Part shown: in pieces, positions 30,192-54,494 of the stretch
Layout: each line of letters begins with the position of its first letter
How positions within the stretch are numbered: the first letter of the stretch is position 1
Source: the human T2T-CHM13v2.0 reference genome, Homo sapiens
Reading direction: 5' to 3' (one strand)
Length of the DNA stretch: 64,000 nucleotides
Assembly: GCF_009914755.1 (NCBI RefSeq)
Contig: NC_060938.1
Translations under genes and position numbers: made by a program
Notes under the pieces: model-generated
What the model saw: the letters and a program-made list of their open reading frames with translations, nothing else
Told to the model about the DNA's origin: nothing
Databases searched by the model: none

Positions 30192-30405
30192 AAAATCTAT
30201 TTAGGCAGATATTCTTCTCAGTGATTGTCTTAATGGTGCCTGGGAACTCATCTGCTGCCTATTGGTTGGCAAAACCTGATTCTCCTGTTATCGTCACATT
30301 TTTAAAACCAAACATCTTTCTAAAACTATCACACCATCTTTTGCTGGCATTAAATTCTTCAGCTTTAGTTCCTTTAACTTCCTTTTACTTTAAGTTGTTA
30401 TATGA

Positions 30406-30789
<384 letters not shown>

Positions 30790-32599
30790 TAAAAGCTCCA
30801 TTTTCAATATGAGATAAAAAGGTATTTTGCAAAAAGTATAAGTTTTTATACCTGCTGGTGTAGCTGCAGTGACAGCCTCATGAATTTTCTTTCTTTTTTA
30901 ACAATGGGCCTTGCACTAGATTCATTTATCTTGAAATGGCAGGCAATCGCAGCTGCAGACCTCCATCTATGGTAAACATCAAGCAGTTCAACTTTTTCCT
31001 GTCATGATTTTTCTCTGCTTCTTGGGAGCACTTTCAGCAACACTAATGGCACTTTGTATAGATCCCATGGTGTTATTCAAGGTTTACAGTATTGCACTAA
31101 ATATAATGAAAAATATGTGAGAACAGTGAGAGGTCACTTTTTACTGTCATATGGAATTTACTGGAGACACAAACTGCTTATACAGAGATAATTAGTGACA
31201 TGAAATTTTAAGCAGATACTTGCAACACCTGAGCTTAGCACAAAAGCAACAGGAGCTGGCTATGACATTTTTGCAGTAATACAGTATGTACAGTTAATTG
31301 TATGCAGTAATGATTTAATACTTTATGTTTGCTCACATTTCTCTTGACTGTGAATGGTACATGTGCAGTCTGTATTTGGGTTTGAAAGTTTTGAGAAATT
31401 TTAACTTTTTATAATAGATTTGTATGTATTTTATCATAATGTATGATAAAACAGATGAGTATATCCCTAGCTTTTTTCTTAATTTCTTTTTATATTTCCA
31501 GGCCATATGGTTCAACTGCAAGTTTTTAAAAATTGTTGCAAATCTCCAAAAAAGGATTCAATATGTTTATTTTTTAAAATTGTATATAATTAAACTTGCA
31601 GTTCAAAGATAGACTTGAACCCTAATTATTCCAATGGATAAATCAGTATAAATATGTAGTTATTTTTTTTTTAACATGAGAAGAGATGGGAAGTTGGTTT
31701 TGGACAAATCTGAAGCTGTTTCTATGATATTCTATAATATTGGTTTGTTTCCTTGATATTTATGTATCTTTCACATAAAAATAAAATATAATAGACAATA
31801 CATTAAACTGGGAGCCCAGAAACTTTGGTTCTAGGATTGAATTATATGTGAGACATTCAATAAATCACTGAACCTTCTAGGCTTGAGTTCCCTCACTTTG
31901 AAAGTGAAAGGATGAAATATTTAGTTTCAGGATACTAAAGACATCTTGATCCCTAAACTGCTTTCTGGAAAAAAGCCAAAAGCAACAAGGAAATTTAGCA
32001 GTACACACTCCCATCTGTCATTATTAGAAAAATCTTCATTAACTTCAACCATAATATATATGAAGAAAGGCTGGCAAGTATAGTGAATTTGGACCAGAGA
32101 GAGGCAAGAAACTGAAAGAAGATGGTTACTGGACCTCAAAGGATGACAGTGCAGAGGTCTTTGAAGTAAGTGATACACATCAAGGGGTAAGACATGATAG
32201 AACAAGATGGATGGCCTCAAGGAGCTCCTGAAACCCCACAAGAAACCCCTCCAATGCAGGGGATGTGATGACAAATGAAGACACATGCAGACAAGCTAAC
32301 TCTACAAGAAACTATCTGTTTGGAAGACCAGATGAGAAACTGAATGATAAGCAGCTTGAGGCTGTCAATCTTTATCCGCCATTGAATGTAAACTCCAGGG
32401 AGGCAGAAATTTTTTTTCTGATTTATCTATTGCTGTATTCTCCAAACCTAGAGCAGTACCTGGCACAAAGTAGGTGCACGATAAATATTTGTATGATGGA
32501 TGGATGAGTAAAGAAAGATTACAGCTAAACCACACAATCGACATACTTGTGTGTATGTGTGTGTGTATATGCACACGCATGCAAACATGCAAACATTAC

Positions 32600-35350
<2,751 letters not shown>

Positions 35351-38300
35351 ATAACAAAGGCCATCATGATTTCCCCAGAGTTATTTAACTCCCTTTTCCC
35401 ATGTAAAATTTACTTCCAAATCTTTGAGAAGGCATTCCTTACTTCAGCAATAGGAATCTTCAGGGTTTTTTTTAATTATGAGGACATATTTTCCCTTCCT
35501 CATCTTATTTAACTCAGTGTTATAAAACTGTTCTATGATTTACTTTTGAGGATTATATATATTAGCTTCTCATATATTTCATACCCTAGGAGTTTAGATC
35601 ATATAGCATGATAGTGAAGGGAGAAAGGGAGAAAAGTGGGAGACATGGAAGGGGAGCGAAAAGAGAGCTGTCCTGATTTGGATTGTTACAGTTCCATATC
35701 TGCACCCCCAGCAGTTTATTTATGATGGAGAGAAAATAAGTAAAAATATATGTGACTTGATTTTCAGTTTGAAAATGTGTTAATGAGAAAAAAACCCAAA
35801 TCAATCTAATTCTTTATGCTTACTTTATGGAAATAAAAAATTTCTGTACTATGTGGTAGAAATGAGTGTGTGCCATTCTGGGAAACTGTTCTTCAGACCA
35901 CCTGGTGACCTATCAGTTAATCAAAGCATTTGACATTTTTTCTAAAGAAAAGAGGGTGAAATAATAACTTGGCCTTTCTTAAAAAAATATACCCATGGAT
36001 TCTGTATCCTTGCCAGTTGTCTATTACATAGTTTGTTGAGACTGCCCAACGTTGTCTGGAATTTCCAAGCCTCAGCGCTATAAAAATAATTCACTAGAAC
36101 TGCCTCAAAATAATTTATATTGTGTAATTACTTAACACTGCACTTTGGACTACAGTATGGGATGGATATGCTAGGAATTATGCTGGGTTCAGTGAGAGTT
36201 CTGCACGAAGGCCTCTTTTGCCGTAACTACCAGGTTCTTGATGTTTAAGGAATTGTGTTGATAGGCCCTAGAAACTTAGGACCTACAATTACTGGAGCAT
36301 ATTTATTGCAGCACAGAAGAGAGTTGATGGTGGCTGATACAATATTGGTATAAACAAGGTCACTAGTGTTCCAGTATGAACATTCAAGAGCCCTTAGGGA
36401 AAACAAAGAAGTCACTTTCACAAAGAACTTTCAATTGCCTGCTCTCTGATACTAAAACAGAATTTAAAAATGAACCTAGTTCATTTTTTTTCTTGTCTCT
36501 TGGCTAAAAGACCACAGAAAACTGATCCTTCACTTAATTTCAAGCAAAAATTGTATTGTTTTTGGTGAAATCCATTTTTTACCTCAAGGATTCAGCCTAA
36601 GGTTATCACATCAAAATATATTTTCTTTAAAAATCTGAAGTTTGGCCTTGAATTTTAAAGGAAATTCTGCTTGAATTATTATATGGGATGAAATATTTAA
36701 GTATTAATCTTTTTTTCTCTCTTTCAATGAATTAAGACAAATACAAGCACCTTTTAAAAATCAGGCAGGGAAATAAATGCTAATTAAATTCTCTTACCAG
36801 GAGTTTTTCATTTTGTGAAACAAACTTTTCTAGATCGGATAGACTTTACTGACGAGTGTTTTTGATAATGCTGAATGGAATTGAGTATGACCTCCCAGAT
36901 ACAGATGCATTTGGACTTCTCATCCACTTAGTCTTTTTCATTCAAACTGGAAAATCATGTGGTTTCATTTTTATTATTTTTTTAATTGAGAGGATTGTCA
37001 GGAGAAAATATGTATGTGGCTTTATTTTTATTTTAACCAATAAGATTGTCAGTAGGAAATGCATTCTGAATATAGCACACATGGGGCAAATGTTCCTTTT
37101 TGGTCATGACATTTTTTCATTATAATGGAGGTTTGCCAGGGCATATACCATGTTTTAATGCCTTTTACATATAAAATCACAACAAGATAAGACTTTAGAC
37201 CTCTCTGTAAAAGCTGCGGTATAATGGGAACTAGCATGCTCTGACTGGTTGCCTCAACTAATAAAACAGTCAGGAAATCTCGAGGGTTTCCTTCCACAGA
37301 TTTGAGTATCCCTTGATGACCTGCATAAACCGTAGTTCTTATAAATCTGTTCACTCTCCTGCACCGGAGGAAGGGGAGATGGAAAGCTGGCCTGTTGGTG
37401 ACATACACAGCATTATGCTTAGAAAAGTATGGGTTTCTTCCATGCTACCATCCTACTCTTGGCATGAAATTATACTTTGTGATCCTACAGTCATACATTT
37501 GAAGGAACTACACACATAGGAGACAGCGTGACCCTAGGCTCTGACTGGGTATCTTTGTTTATATTTTGATAAAGAAGTTTATGGAAAAAGTTATTTTTAA
37601 TTGAACAATAATTTGAGGCATGGTAAAAAAATATGTATTGTCTAGGAATTATTATTTAATATTTAGAAAAAAACATGAGGCTTTAACTTGAAGAAATAAA
37701 TATATTTTCAGGGAAAATCTATGTTGTTTCTTATTTATTTGCACTTTGGTACTCTAGAACACCATTAGGATGTCTTGTTTCAGATTTTAAAGGTAGGTAT
37801 TATCCCTGTGATCCTTCGTGTGCAAACTAGCTTAGCAACCTGCCCCCAGGAGAGTAACCACAGAGCCAGTGGATCTATCCCATGCTCCCTTGCATGAACC
37901 AGCCTGGCACTTTGCCCACAGGGAAGCAGCGCCAGAACCAGCAAACTAGCCACACAAACTCTAGCAGCCTAGGTCACAGAGGCACTTATAGGCATCACTG
38001 ACATTGACTATAGAAACTTCAGAGAGGCTACACTACTGTCCTCACCCAGAACCAAAGCCAATGCACTCTACCCAACTGACTCCCTAGGACACACCTTCAG
38101 GTGAAAGTCTTCCCCTCTGGAAGCTACTGTATAAAACTGGAAGAGGCAATTCTTCCACCAGATGCACAGGTATCAACAGAGGGACACAAGAAACACGACA
38201 CTGCCAAATAAGCACAGTGATTCCCCAGTTACTTAACACAAAGAAATAGAAATTTATGAATCTTAAGGAAACTCAGATACAAGAGAACATAGATAGACAT

Positions 38301-38381
38301 TTCAAATACATTGGGAAGATAATTTATGATCTGTATGAGAAATTGAACAAAGAGATAGATATCATTAAAAAGAACCAAACA

Positions 38382-42101
<3,720 letters not shown>

Positions 42102-43070
42102 AAAAAGAACCAAACAGAAATTTTGGAGCTGAAAAATTTAACTAATAAAATGAAGAAATACAATTCAGAGCTTCAATAGCAGACTAAATTAAGCAGAAGA
42201 CAAAAATTTGTGAACTTAAAGACAGGTCTTTTCAAATAACCTAGTCAGAGATCCAAAAGAAAAAAGAATAAAAAGAACAACCAAGGCCAGCTGGACTTCT
42301 GGGACACCAACTAAGCAAACAAATATTTGCATTATGGGATTTCCATAGGACAAAGATGAAGAGAGACACAGAAAGGTTACTTAAAAAAACAATAGTTAAA
42401 AACTTCCCACGTCTTTGGAGAGATATGTACATCCAGCTCCATGAAGCACAAAGGATCCCAAACAGATTCAACCCAAAGAGGTTCTCTCCAAAGCACATTT
42501 TAATCAAATCATCAAAAGTTAAAGACAGAATTCCAAAAGCAGCGAGAGAAGAGAATCAAGTTACATATAAGGGAATCCCCACTAGACTATCAGCAGATTT
42601 CTCAACAAAAACTGCAGGCCAAGAAAGAACCAGATAATAAATTCGAAGTGCTTAAAGAGGTGAGGTGGGGGTGCGGGGGAACTGTCTACCTAGAATACTA
42701 CACCCAGAAAATTTATACTTCAGAAATGAAGGAGAAATAGTGTTTCTAGGCAAGAGAAAGCTGAGGTAATCCATCACTGCTAGACCAGCCATATAAGAAA
42801 TGCTAGAGAGAATGCTTCAACTGGATGTATTAGGAAAATAATTACTAGTATGAAAAAAAGAAAGTATAATCTCATTGGTAGGAGTAAATTTATTATCAAA
42901 TTTAGAATACTCCATTACTGTAGTGGTGGTATATAAACTTTCAGTTGTCTAGTTTGAAGATTAAAAGTCAAAATGGTCAATGATTACTATAGCTACAACA
43001 AGTTGTTAAAATACGTACAGGATATGAAAGGATACAAAGTAAGCAACAAAGTTATAAATTTGGTGGGGGA

Positions 43071-43380
43071 GGCCAGGTGCAGTAGCTCATGCCTGTAATC
43101 CCAACACTTTGGGAGGCCGAGGTGGGTGGATCACCTGAGGTCAGAAGTTTGAGACCAGCCTGGCCAAAATGGTGAAACCCCATCTCTACTAAAAATACAA
43201 AAATTAGCTGGGTGTGGTGGTGTGTGCCTGCAGTCCCAGGTACTCAGGAGGCTGAGGCAGGAGAATTGCTTGAACCCGGGAGACGAGGTTGCAGTGAGCC
43301 AAGATTGCACCATTGTACTCTAGCCCAGGCAACAAAGCAAGACTCAGTCTCAAAAAAAAATGTTTTTAATAAAAAATAAA
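43071..43380 (+). mobile_element. AluSx/Sz in the L1
   Basis: Full Alu; flanking aaatttgg repeats. Confidence 0.9.
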
Positions 43381-43626
43381 CAAATTTGGGAGGTAGAAGG
43401 TAAGTCTAGAATACTTGTATGTAGCCAAAGTTAAGTTATTATCAACTTAAATTGCCTATTATAACTACACAGTTTTTAAAATGTAAGCCCCATGGTAACC
43501 ACAAAGAAAAAAATTACAGCAGATACACAATGAAAAAGAAAAAAAAATCAAAGTTTATCACTACAAAAAAATTCACCAAACCACACAGGTAAACTATAAG
43601 AGAGGGAAAAAGGAAAAAAGGAAATA

Positions 43627-43659
<33 letters not shown>

Positions 43660-44912
43660 AACAGAAAATGATCTAACAAAATGTCAAGAGTAAGTTCTTA
43701 CCTATCAATAATAACCTTGAATGTAAATGAATTAAATTTTCCAATTAAAAGATATAGAGTGGCTGAATGGGTAGAAGACAAAACCCAACTATATGCTACC
43801 TACAAGAGATTTGCTTTACCCATAAGGACACACGTAGACTGAAAGCGAAGGGATGAAAAATGATATTCAATGCAAATGGAAGCCAAAAGACTACAAGAGT
43901 AGCTATACTTAGATAACAGATAATTCAAAAATTGAAAGGGGAGACGAAGGTAAATCTATAATAAAGGGGTCAATTAGCAACCGATTATAACAATTCTAAA
44001 TAGATATGCACCCAACACTGGAACATATATAAAGCAAATATTATAACATCTAAAGAGTGATACAGACTGCAATACAATAATAGTAGGAGATTTCAACACC
44101 CTACTTTCAGCAATAGATAGATCATCCAAAATGAAAATCAGCAAAAAAAAAAAAAAAAAACACTGGATTTATACTGCACTCTAGACCAAATGGACCTAAC
44201 AGATATTTGCAGAACATTTCACCCACCAGCAACCTACAGAATACATATTTTTCTCAAAAGTACATTGAATTTTCTCCAGAATAGATTATATGTCAGGCCA
44301 CAAAACAAGTCTCAACAAATTTTTAAAAATCAAAAGCATATTAAGTATTTTTCTGATCACAATGGAATAAAATTAGAAACTGATAAGAGGAAGAATTTTG
44401 GAAATCGTGCAAATACATGGATATTAAACAACATGCTCCTGGAACAACCAATGGGCCAATCAAAATATTTAAAATGAAAATTTAAAATTTCTTGAAACAA
44501 ATGAAAATGGAAACACAACACACCTCAATCTATGGGATATAGCAACAGCAGTTCTAAGAGGGAAGTTTATAGCAATAAACACCTACATCAAAAAAATAGA
44601 AAGATATCAAATAAACAACCTAACATTGTACCTCAAGGAAGTAAAAAAAGAAAAAAAAAAGAACAAGCTAAATTTAAAATTAAGAATGAAGGGAATAATA
44701 AAGATCAGAGCAGAAATAAGTGAAATAGAGACTAAAAAATAGAAAACATCAATGAAACAAAGAATTATTTTTTAAAAAGATAAACTAAATTGACAAACCT
44801 TTAGCTAGACAAAGAAAAAAGAGATAAGACACAGATAAATAAATTCAGAGATTAAAAAGAAGCCATTATACCTGATACCACAGAAATACAGAGAATCATA
44901 AGAGACAATTAT

Positions 44913-45005
44913 GTTGTGCACATGTACCCTAGAACTTAAAGTATAATAAAAAATAAATACATATATATTAAAAATAAATAAAAAGAAATAGAAAAAATAA
45001 AAAAA
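44913..45005 (+). mobile_element. L1PA 3' tip (~35 bp) with a long A-rich tail inside L1 ORF2
   Basis: gttgtgcacatgtaccctagaacttaaagtataat. Confidence 0.8.
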
Positions 45006-46839
45006 GAAAATCTAGAAGACATGGATATTTTCCTGGACACATATAACCTACCAAAATTGATAATAGAAAATATGAACAGATCAATAATGAGTAACAAGAT
45101 TCAATCAGTAATAAAAATTTCCGATCACAGAAAACCATGGGACCTGATGGCTTCATTGCTGAATTCTACTGAATATTTAAAGAATAATTAATACCAATTC
45201 TTTTGAAACTATTCCAAAAAACTGAAGAGGAGATAAATTCATCTAAATTCATTCTATGAGACCAGCATTACCCTGATACAAAAACAAGACAAGGACACAA
45301 CAAAGAAAGAAAACTACAGGCAAAAATCCTCAACAAAATACAAGCAAACAAAATTCAACAGCAAATTAAAAAGAGAGTTCACCATGACCAACTGGGAGAT
45401 GGAAGGATGATTCATCATATGCAAATCAATAAGCATCATACATCACATTAATAAAATCAATGACAAAACTGATGCAAAAAAAGCATTTGATAAAATTTAA
45501 AATTCCTTCAGGATAAAATCTCTCAACAAATTAGGTATAGAAGGAACACACCTTAACATGATAAAGGCCAAATATGATAATTCCACAGCTAACATCATAC
45601 TGAACATGGAAAAGTTCAAATCTTCTCCTCTAAGATCTGGAACAAGACAAGCATGCCCACTTTCAACACTTTCATCTACCCAGAGCAATTAGGAAAGAGA
45701 AAGAAATAAAGGGTATCCAAATGGAAAAGGAGGAACTCAAACTGTCCCTGTTTTCATATAACATAATTTTATATATTAAAAAAACCCTAAAGACTCCACC
45801 ATAAAACTATTAGAACTAATAAACAAATTTAGTAAAGTTGCAGGATACAAAATCAACATACAAAAATCAGTAGCACTTCTATGTGCCAATAAAAAACTAT
45901 CTGAAAAATAAACCAAAAAAGCAATCCCACTTACAACAGTTACAAAAAAAAGATACTTAGCAATAAATTTAACCAAGAAGGTGAAAAATTTCTACAATGG
46001 GAATTATAAAATGTTGATGATGAAATTGAAGAGGACACAAGTAAATGGATAAAGATATCTTGAGTTCATTGATTAGAAAAATTAATATTAAAATGTCCAT
46101 ACTACTCCCAAAAGATCTACAGATTCAATGAAATCCTTATCAAAATTCCAATGACAGTTTTTCAAAGAAATAGAAAAAACCCTAAATTCGTATGAAGCCA
46201 CAAAACATCTTGAATATCCAAAGCAATTTTGAGTAAAAAGAACAAAGCTGACGGCATTGTACTAGCTGACTTCAAGATAAACTACAAAGCTATAGTAACC
46301 AAAACAGCATGGTACTGGCATTAAAATAGACACATAGACCAATGGAACAGAAGACAGATCACAGAAATAAATCCACGCACTTAAAGCCAATTGATTTTCA
46401 ACAAACATGCCATGAATACACATTGGGGAAAGAAGAGTCTCTTCAAAAAATGGTTCTGGGAAAACTGGATATCCACAAGCAGAAGAATGAAAGTAGACCC
46501 CGTCTTTCATCATATACAAAAAATCAAATCAATATTGACTAGAAGCTTAAATCAACACTAATGATAAAATTACTAGAATAAAACATAGGGAAATCCCTTT
46601 ATGACACTGGCCTAGGCAAAGATTTTTTTGATAACATCTGAAAAGCATAGGCAACAAAAGCAAAAATTGATAAATGGGATTACATCAAACTAAAAACTTC
46701 TGCACAGCAAAGTCAACAATTAACAAAGTGGAGAGACGACATACAGAATGGGAGAAAATATTTGCAAAGCATACATCTGATAAAGGGTTAATATACAGAA
46801 TACAAAAGAAACCCAAACAACTCAGCAAAAAAACAAATA

Positions 46840-48185
46840 CAGTCATGTTCCACATAACATTTTGGTCAATGATAAATGGGATCTAAGTAAACTAAAGAGC
46901 TTTGGCACAGCAAAAGTAACTATCAACAGAGTAAACAGACAACCTACAGAATGGGAGAAAATTTTTGCAAATTATGTATCTGACAAAGGTCTAATATCCA
47001 GCATCTATAAGGAACTTAAACAAATTTACAGGAAAACAACAAACAACCTCATTAAAAAGTGGGCAAAGGACATGGACAAACACTTCTCAAAATAAGATAC
47101 ATCCAGCCAATGATCATATGAAAAAAGGCTCAACATCACTGATCATTAAAGAAATGGAAATTAAAACCACAATGAGATACCATCTCAGACCAGTCAGAAT
47201 AGCTATTATTAAAAAGTAAAAAAATAACAGATGCTGGTGAGGTTGTAGAGAAAAAGGAATGCTTTTACACTGTTGGTGGGGGTGTAAATTAGTTCAGCCA
47301 TTGTGGAAGAAGGCGTGGCGATTTCTCAAAAACCTAAAGACAGAAATACCATTCAACCCAGCAATCCCATTACTCATTACTAGGTATATACCCAAAGTAA
47401 TATAAATTATTCTCTTATAAAGACATGGCACACATATGTTCATTGCAGCACTATTCACAATACCAAAGACATGGAATCAACCTAAATGTTCATCAATGAT
47501 AGAATGGATAAAAAAATGTGTTACATATACACCATGGAATACTATGCAGCCATAAAAAAGAACGAGATCATGTCCTTTGCAGGGACATGGATGGAGCTAG
47601 GGGCAATTATCCTTAGCAAACAAATGCAGGTACAGAAAACCAAATACAGCATGTCCTCAGTTATAAGTGGGAACTAAATAATGAGAACACATGGACACAC
47701 AGAGGGGAACAAAACACACTGGGGCCTATTGAAGGGTGGAAGGTGGGAGGAGGGAGAGGATCAGGAAAAACAACTAATGGATATTAGGCCTAATAACTGG
47801 GTGATGAAATAATCTGTACAACAAACCCCCAGGACACAAGTTTACCTATGGAACAAACCTGCACTTGTACCCCTGAACTTAAAAGTTAAAGAAAAATTTT
47901 GGTCAATGATAGCATATATAAAAGTGATTCAATAAGATCATAATATTGTATTTTTTGTGCCTTTTCTATGGTTAGATATGCTTAGGTACACAGATATTTA
48001 CCATCATGTTACAACTGTCTACAGTTTTCAGTACAGTAATATACTATACAGGTTTCTAGCCTAGGAGCAATAAGCTATACAATCTAGGTCTATGTAAGTA
48101 CATTCTGTGATGTTCACACAATAACAACATTGCGTTGTAATGCATTTTTCAGAATATATTCCAACCCTTAAATGATGCATGACTG
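46840..48185 (+). mobile_element. Tigger3a/MER7-type MITE inside the L1MA, split by an L1PA
   Basis: TIR cagtcatg / catgactg with TA flanks. Confidence 0.82.
46875..47895 (+). mobile_element. L1PA13-16-like 3' fragment nested in the Tigger3a
   Basis: TSD attttggtcaatgata 46859-46874 / 47896-47911. Confidence 0.88.
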
Positions 48186-49160
48186 TAATCTGATTTTAAA
48201 ATGGGCAAAAGACCTAAATAGACATTTCTGAAATGGCCAACAGGTATATGAAAATATGCTTAACATTACCAATCATCAGAGGAATATAAATAAAAGTCAC
48301 AATGAGATATCACCTTGCCCCAATTAGAATGGGTATTCTCAAAATACCAAAAAATGACAAATGCTAGTATAGATGTGGAGAAAAGAGAACTCTCATACAC
48401 TTTTGGTGGTAAATTAGGACAGCCATTATGGAAAACAGTATGAAGTTTCCTCAAAAAATTAAAACTAGAACTATTATGTGATCCAGCAAGCTCACTATTG
48501 TGTATATGTTCAAAGGAAATGAAATCAGTATGTCAAAGAGATATCTGCACTCTCATGTTTATTGCAGCACTATTCACAAAAGCCAAGATATGGAATCAGC
48601 CTAAGTGTTCATCAAGAGATGAATAAAGAAAATGTCACAAATATACACAATGGAATTATATTTAGCCATAAAAAATGAAGGAAATCTTGTCATTTGGGGT
48701 AATATGGATTAATCTAGAGGATGTGATGTTAAGTGAAATAAGACAGAAAGAGAAAAACAAATACTGTATGATCTTACTCATATGTGAAATCTAAAAAAGT
48801 TGACATCATAGAAGTAGAGTGTAGGGAAGTGGTGACCACAGGCAGAAGAGTGTAGGGGTAAGAGGAGGATGGGGAGAGATTAGTCAATGGGTACAAAGTT
48901 ACAGTTAGATAAGAGAAATAAGTTCTGTGTTCTGTTGTACAGTAGGGTGACTATAGTTAACGACATTGCATTGTATATTTCAAAATAGCTAGGATAGAGT
49001 GTTTTCAATGTTCTCACAACAAAGAAATGATAAATGTATAAGGTAATTGATATGCTAAATGCCCTGATTTGGTCATTACACAACTATACATGTACTGAAA
49101 CTTCACCCTGTACCTGATAAATATGTACAATTATAATGTGTCAGTAAAAAACAAAACAAA

Positions 49161-51413
<2,253 letters not shown>

Positions 51414-51427
51414 AAAAAGAGCTGGGC

Positions 51428-51837
51428 TTATGTCCATGTCTGGTTTTGGTAACAGAGTAATGTTGGCCTTGTACAATGCATTAGGGAGAATTGCCACCTC
51501 TTCAATTTTTAGAAACACTTTGGGAAGATTGGTATTAGTTCTTTATACATTTGGTAGAATTCCACAGTGAACCCATCTGATCCTGGGCTTTTCTTCAATG
51601 AAAGAATTATTATTTATTTTAAGTTCTGGGATACACGTGTAGAACGTGCAGGTTTGTTGCATAGGTAAATGGGTGCCATGGTGGTTTGCTGCACCTATCA
51701 ACCCGTCAGCTAGGTATTAAGCCCAGCATCAATTAGCTATTCTTCCTCATGCTCTCCCTCCCATGGCCCCCAACAGGCTCCAGTGTACATCGTTCCCCCT
51801 CACGTGTCCATGTGTTCTCATCATTCAGCTCCCACTT
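51428..51837 (-). mobile_element. Inverted block: an older L1 ORF2 piece (51428-51600) plus an L1PA 3'UTR/poly(A) (51606-51837)
   Basis: ttggtagaattccacagtgaacccatctg; ttaagttctgggatacacgtg...cagctcccactt. Confidence 0.8.
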
Positions 51838-52384
51838 GGTTTTTTTTCATCATCACTGCTGTTTCAATGAAAACATAAATTCAAACCAATTTCACATTTA
51901 CTGAATAATTATGGAAGCTAGAAACCCACAGGGTAATTACACAAATACAAAATACCTACCTAAATAATATCGGACATATACTGGGTATTTTGGTTACCTA
52001 CAGCTACATAAGTATTTACTGTAAAATATAAAAGTTTAAAACAACTACCAATTTAACATCTCTAATGATAGTGTATATCAGGAATTGGGGTAAGAGATAG
52101 CTGAATCATTCTCATGGCATCATCAGAGTTTACTCACTGGTATTCAGATGACAAATGGGCTTTTCTGGAGAGTCCAAGATGGCATTATTCACTTGTCTGC
52201 TGCCTTGATAAGGATGGCTGAATGCTAGTCTCAGGTGGAACTTTGCTGCAAGGCTTCCTCTAATGTAACCTCAAAATTTCAGAACACACTTCTGCCACAT
52301 TCTATAATCAAGCAAATGATCAAAGCCAGCCCAGATTCCCAAAGAGGGAAATTGGTGGCCATGTTTTTACTTCCATAATCAGGG

Positions 52385-53400
52385 AGAAGGGCAGGAAATA
52401 TGATCCAGAACAAACAGAAAAATGAGTTAGTAGCAGCAGACACAGAATGACAGAGATGATGGAATTAACAAGAAATGACATTAAAACATCTATTATAAGT
52501 CTTCTAAACAACCTCAAAAAAATAAAAGAATGCATAATCATAGTGAGAAAAATGGAAGACATAAAGAAGACCTGAAAGGAACTTCTAAAGTTAAAAATAT
52601 ATAAAATGAAAATAACTGGATGAGATTAACATCAGTGAATACTACAGAAGAGGAAAAAAATAGAACTTAAAGACTTAACAATAGAAACTAGCCAAAATTA
52701 AGCCCAGAGAGGGGAAAAAAATATAAAAAAAAAACAAAAAAATTGAGTGCATCAATTACCCATATGACAATATCAAGTGATCTATCTTGTGATCTATCTT
52801 ATACGTAATTGGAGTTCCAGAAGGAAATGAGAGAGAAAAAAACATAAAGAAAAATTTTAATGCAACAATAATCATATATTTTCCAAATTTGATAAAAACT
52901 CTAACCCCATAAATTCAAGAACCTCTCAATGAATCTCAGGAAGAATAAATATAAAGAAAATGATACCAGGACATATCATAATCAAACTGCTGAAAACAAG
53001 TGATAAAGAGAGTATCTTAAAAGTAGCCAGATTTAAAAAATACAAATTACCTACAAAGGAATGAAGGTTAAAAGGGAAACAGGCTTATTGTCAGAAACTT
53101 CACAGGCTGGAATACAACAGAATAACATCATTAAAGTATTGGAAAAAACCTGTCTACATATAATGGTATATCCAGTAAAAGTGTCTTCCCATATTAAAAG
53201 TAAAAATACTTCCTCAGATAAGCAAAAGTTGAGCGAAGTCATTTCCACCAGACCTGTACTAAAAACAAAACACATTAAAGGAAGTTCTTCAAGACAGAAA
53301 GAAAATAGAAATTTGGATCTACATAAATGAAAGAAAGAAACAGGCATAGTGGGTAGAAAATATGTGGTTTTAAATCAATGTATAATAATTGAAACACACA
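52385..53400 (+). mobile_element. Old L1ME ORF1 remnant
   Basis: atcaaactgctgaaaacaagtgataaagagagtatcttaaaagtagcc. Confidence 0.65.
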
Positions 53401-53752
53401 TACTGAAAGGAAAATTAATGCAGGAGTGTTGACACCTGAAATGCAAATCAAGAATGGGAAGAACTCGCTTTTTGGCCGTTTTTCAAATAAAATTATTTTT
53501 TCCTCATAAACAACAGCACAAACAACGGACACCAATACACACACACACACCCCTCCCCCAAAATGTTTGACTATGGTATTCCATATGTCTGAGTAGAATA
53601 TATAGGTGATAAACATATACATACTATTTTTGAATGCCTAGCCCATTGCTCTGACTGGATTGAAAATGCCTTAAGACAATTAGGTGTTTTCTCCTTGAAT
53701 AAAATTCACTGACAACACTTTGAAATTGTAACGATAGATGGTGAATTTATGA

Positions 53753-54159
<407 letters not shown>

Positions 54160-54494
54160 TGTTCATTGGCTTTTATATAGAAGTATTAACTGAATGCCTG
54201 CTATGTTTATGGACAACATTGTAGCTAAGACCCCATATATTATAATTCCTGACATTCACTCAGGACTTTGCAATAGATAGCTCGCTTTTATATCTACCTT
54301 GCTTTCTCTTCATAACAATAAATGAGGAGGGTGGATATTATTATCCCTTTTTCAGTTGAGGTTAAGAAAGCCCTGACTCCCAACTCATCACCCTACTTCC
54401 TTCACTAAAGCTGTAATATCCTTTAGACTCTGTCATAAACAGAAGCCTTCAGGTCTCAGCTGAATTCAGTTTTTTCATGGGGACTTCTCATATA

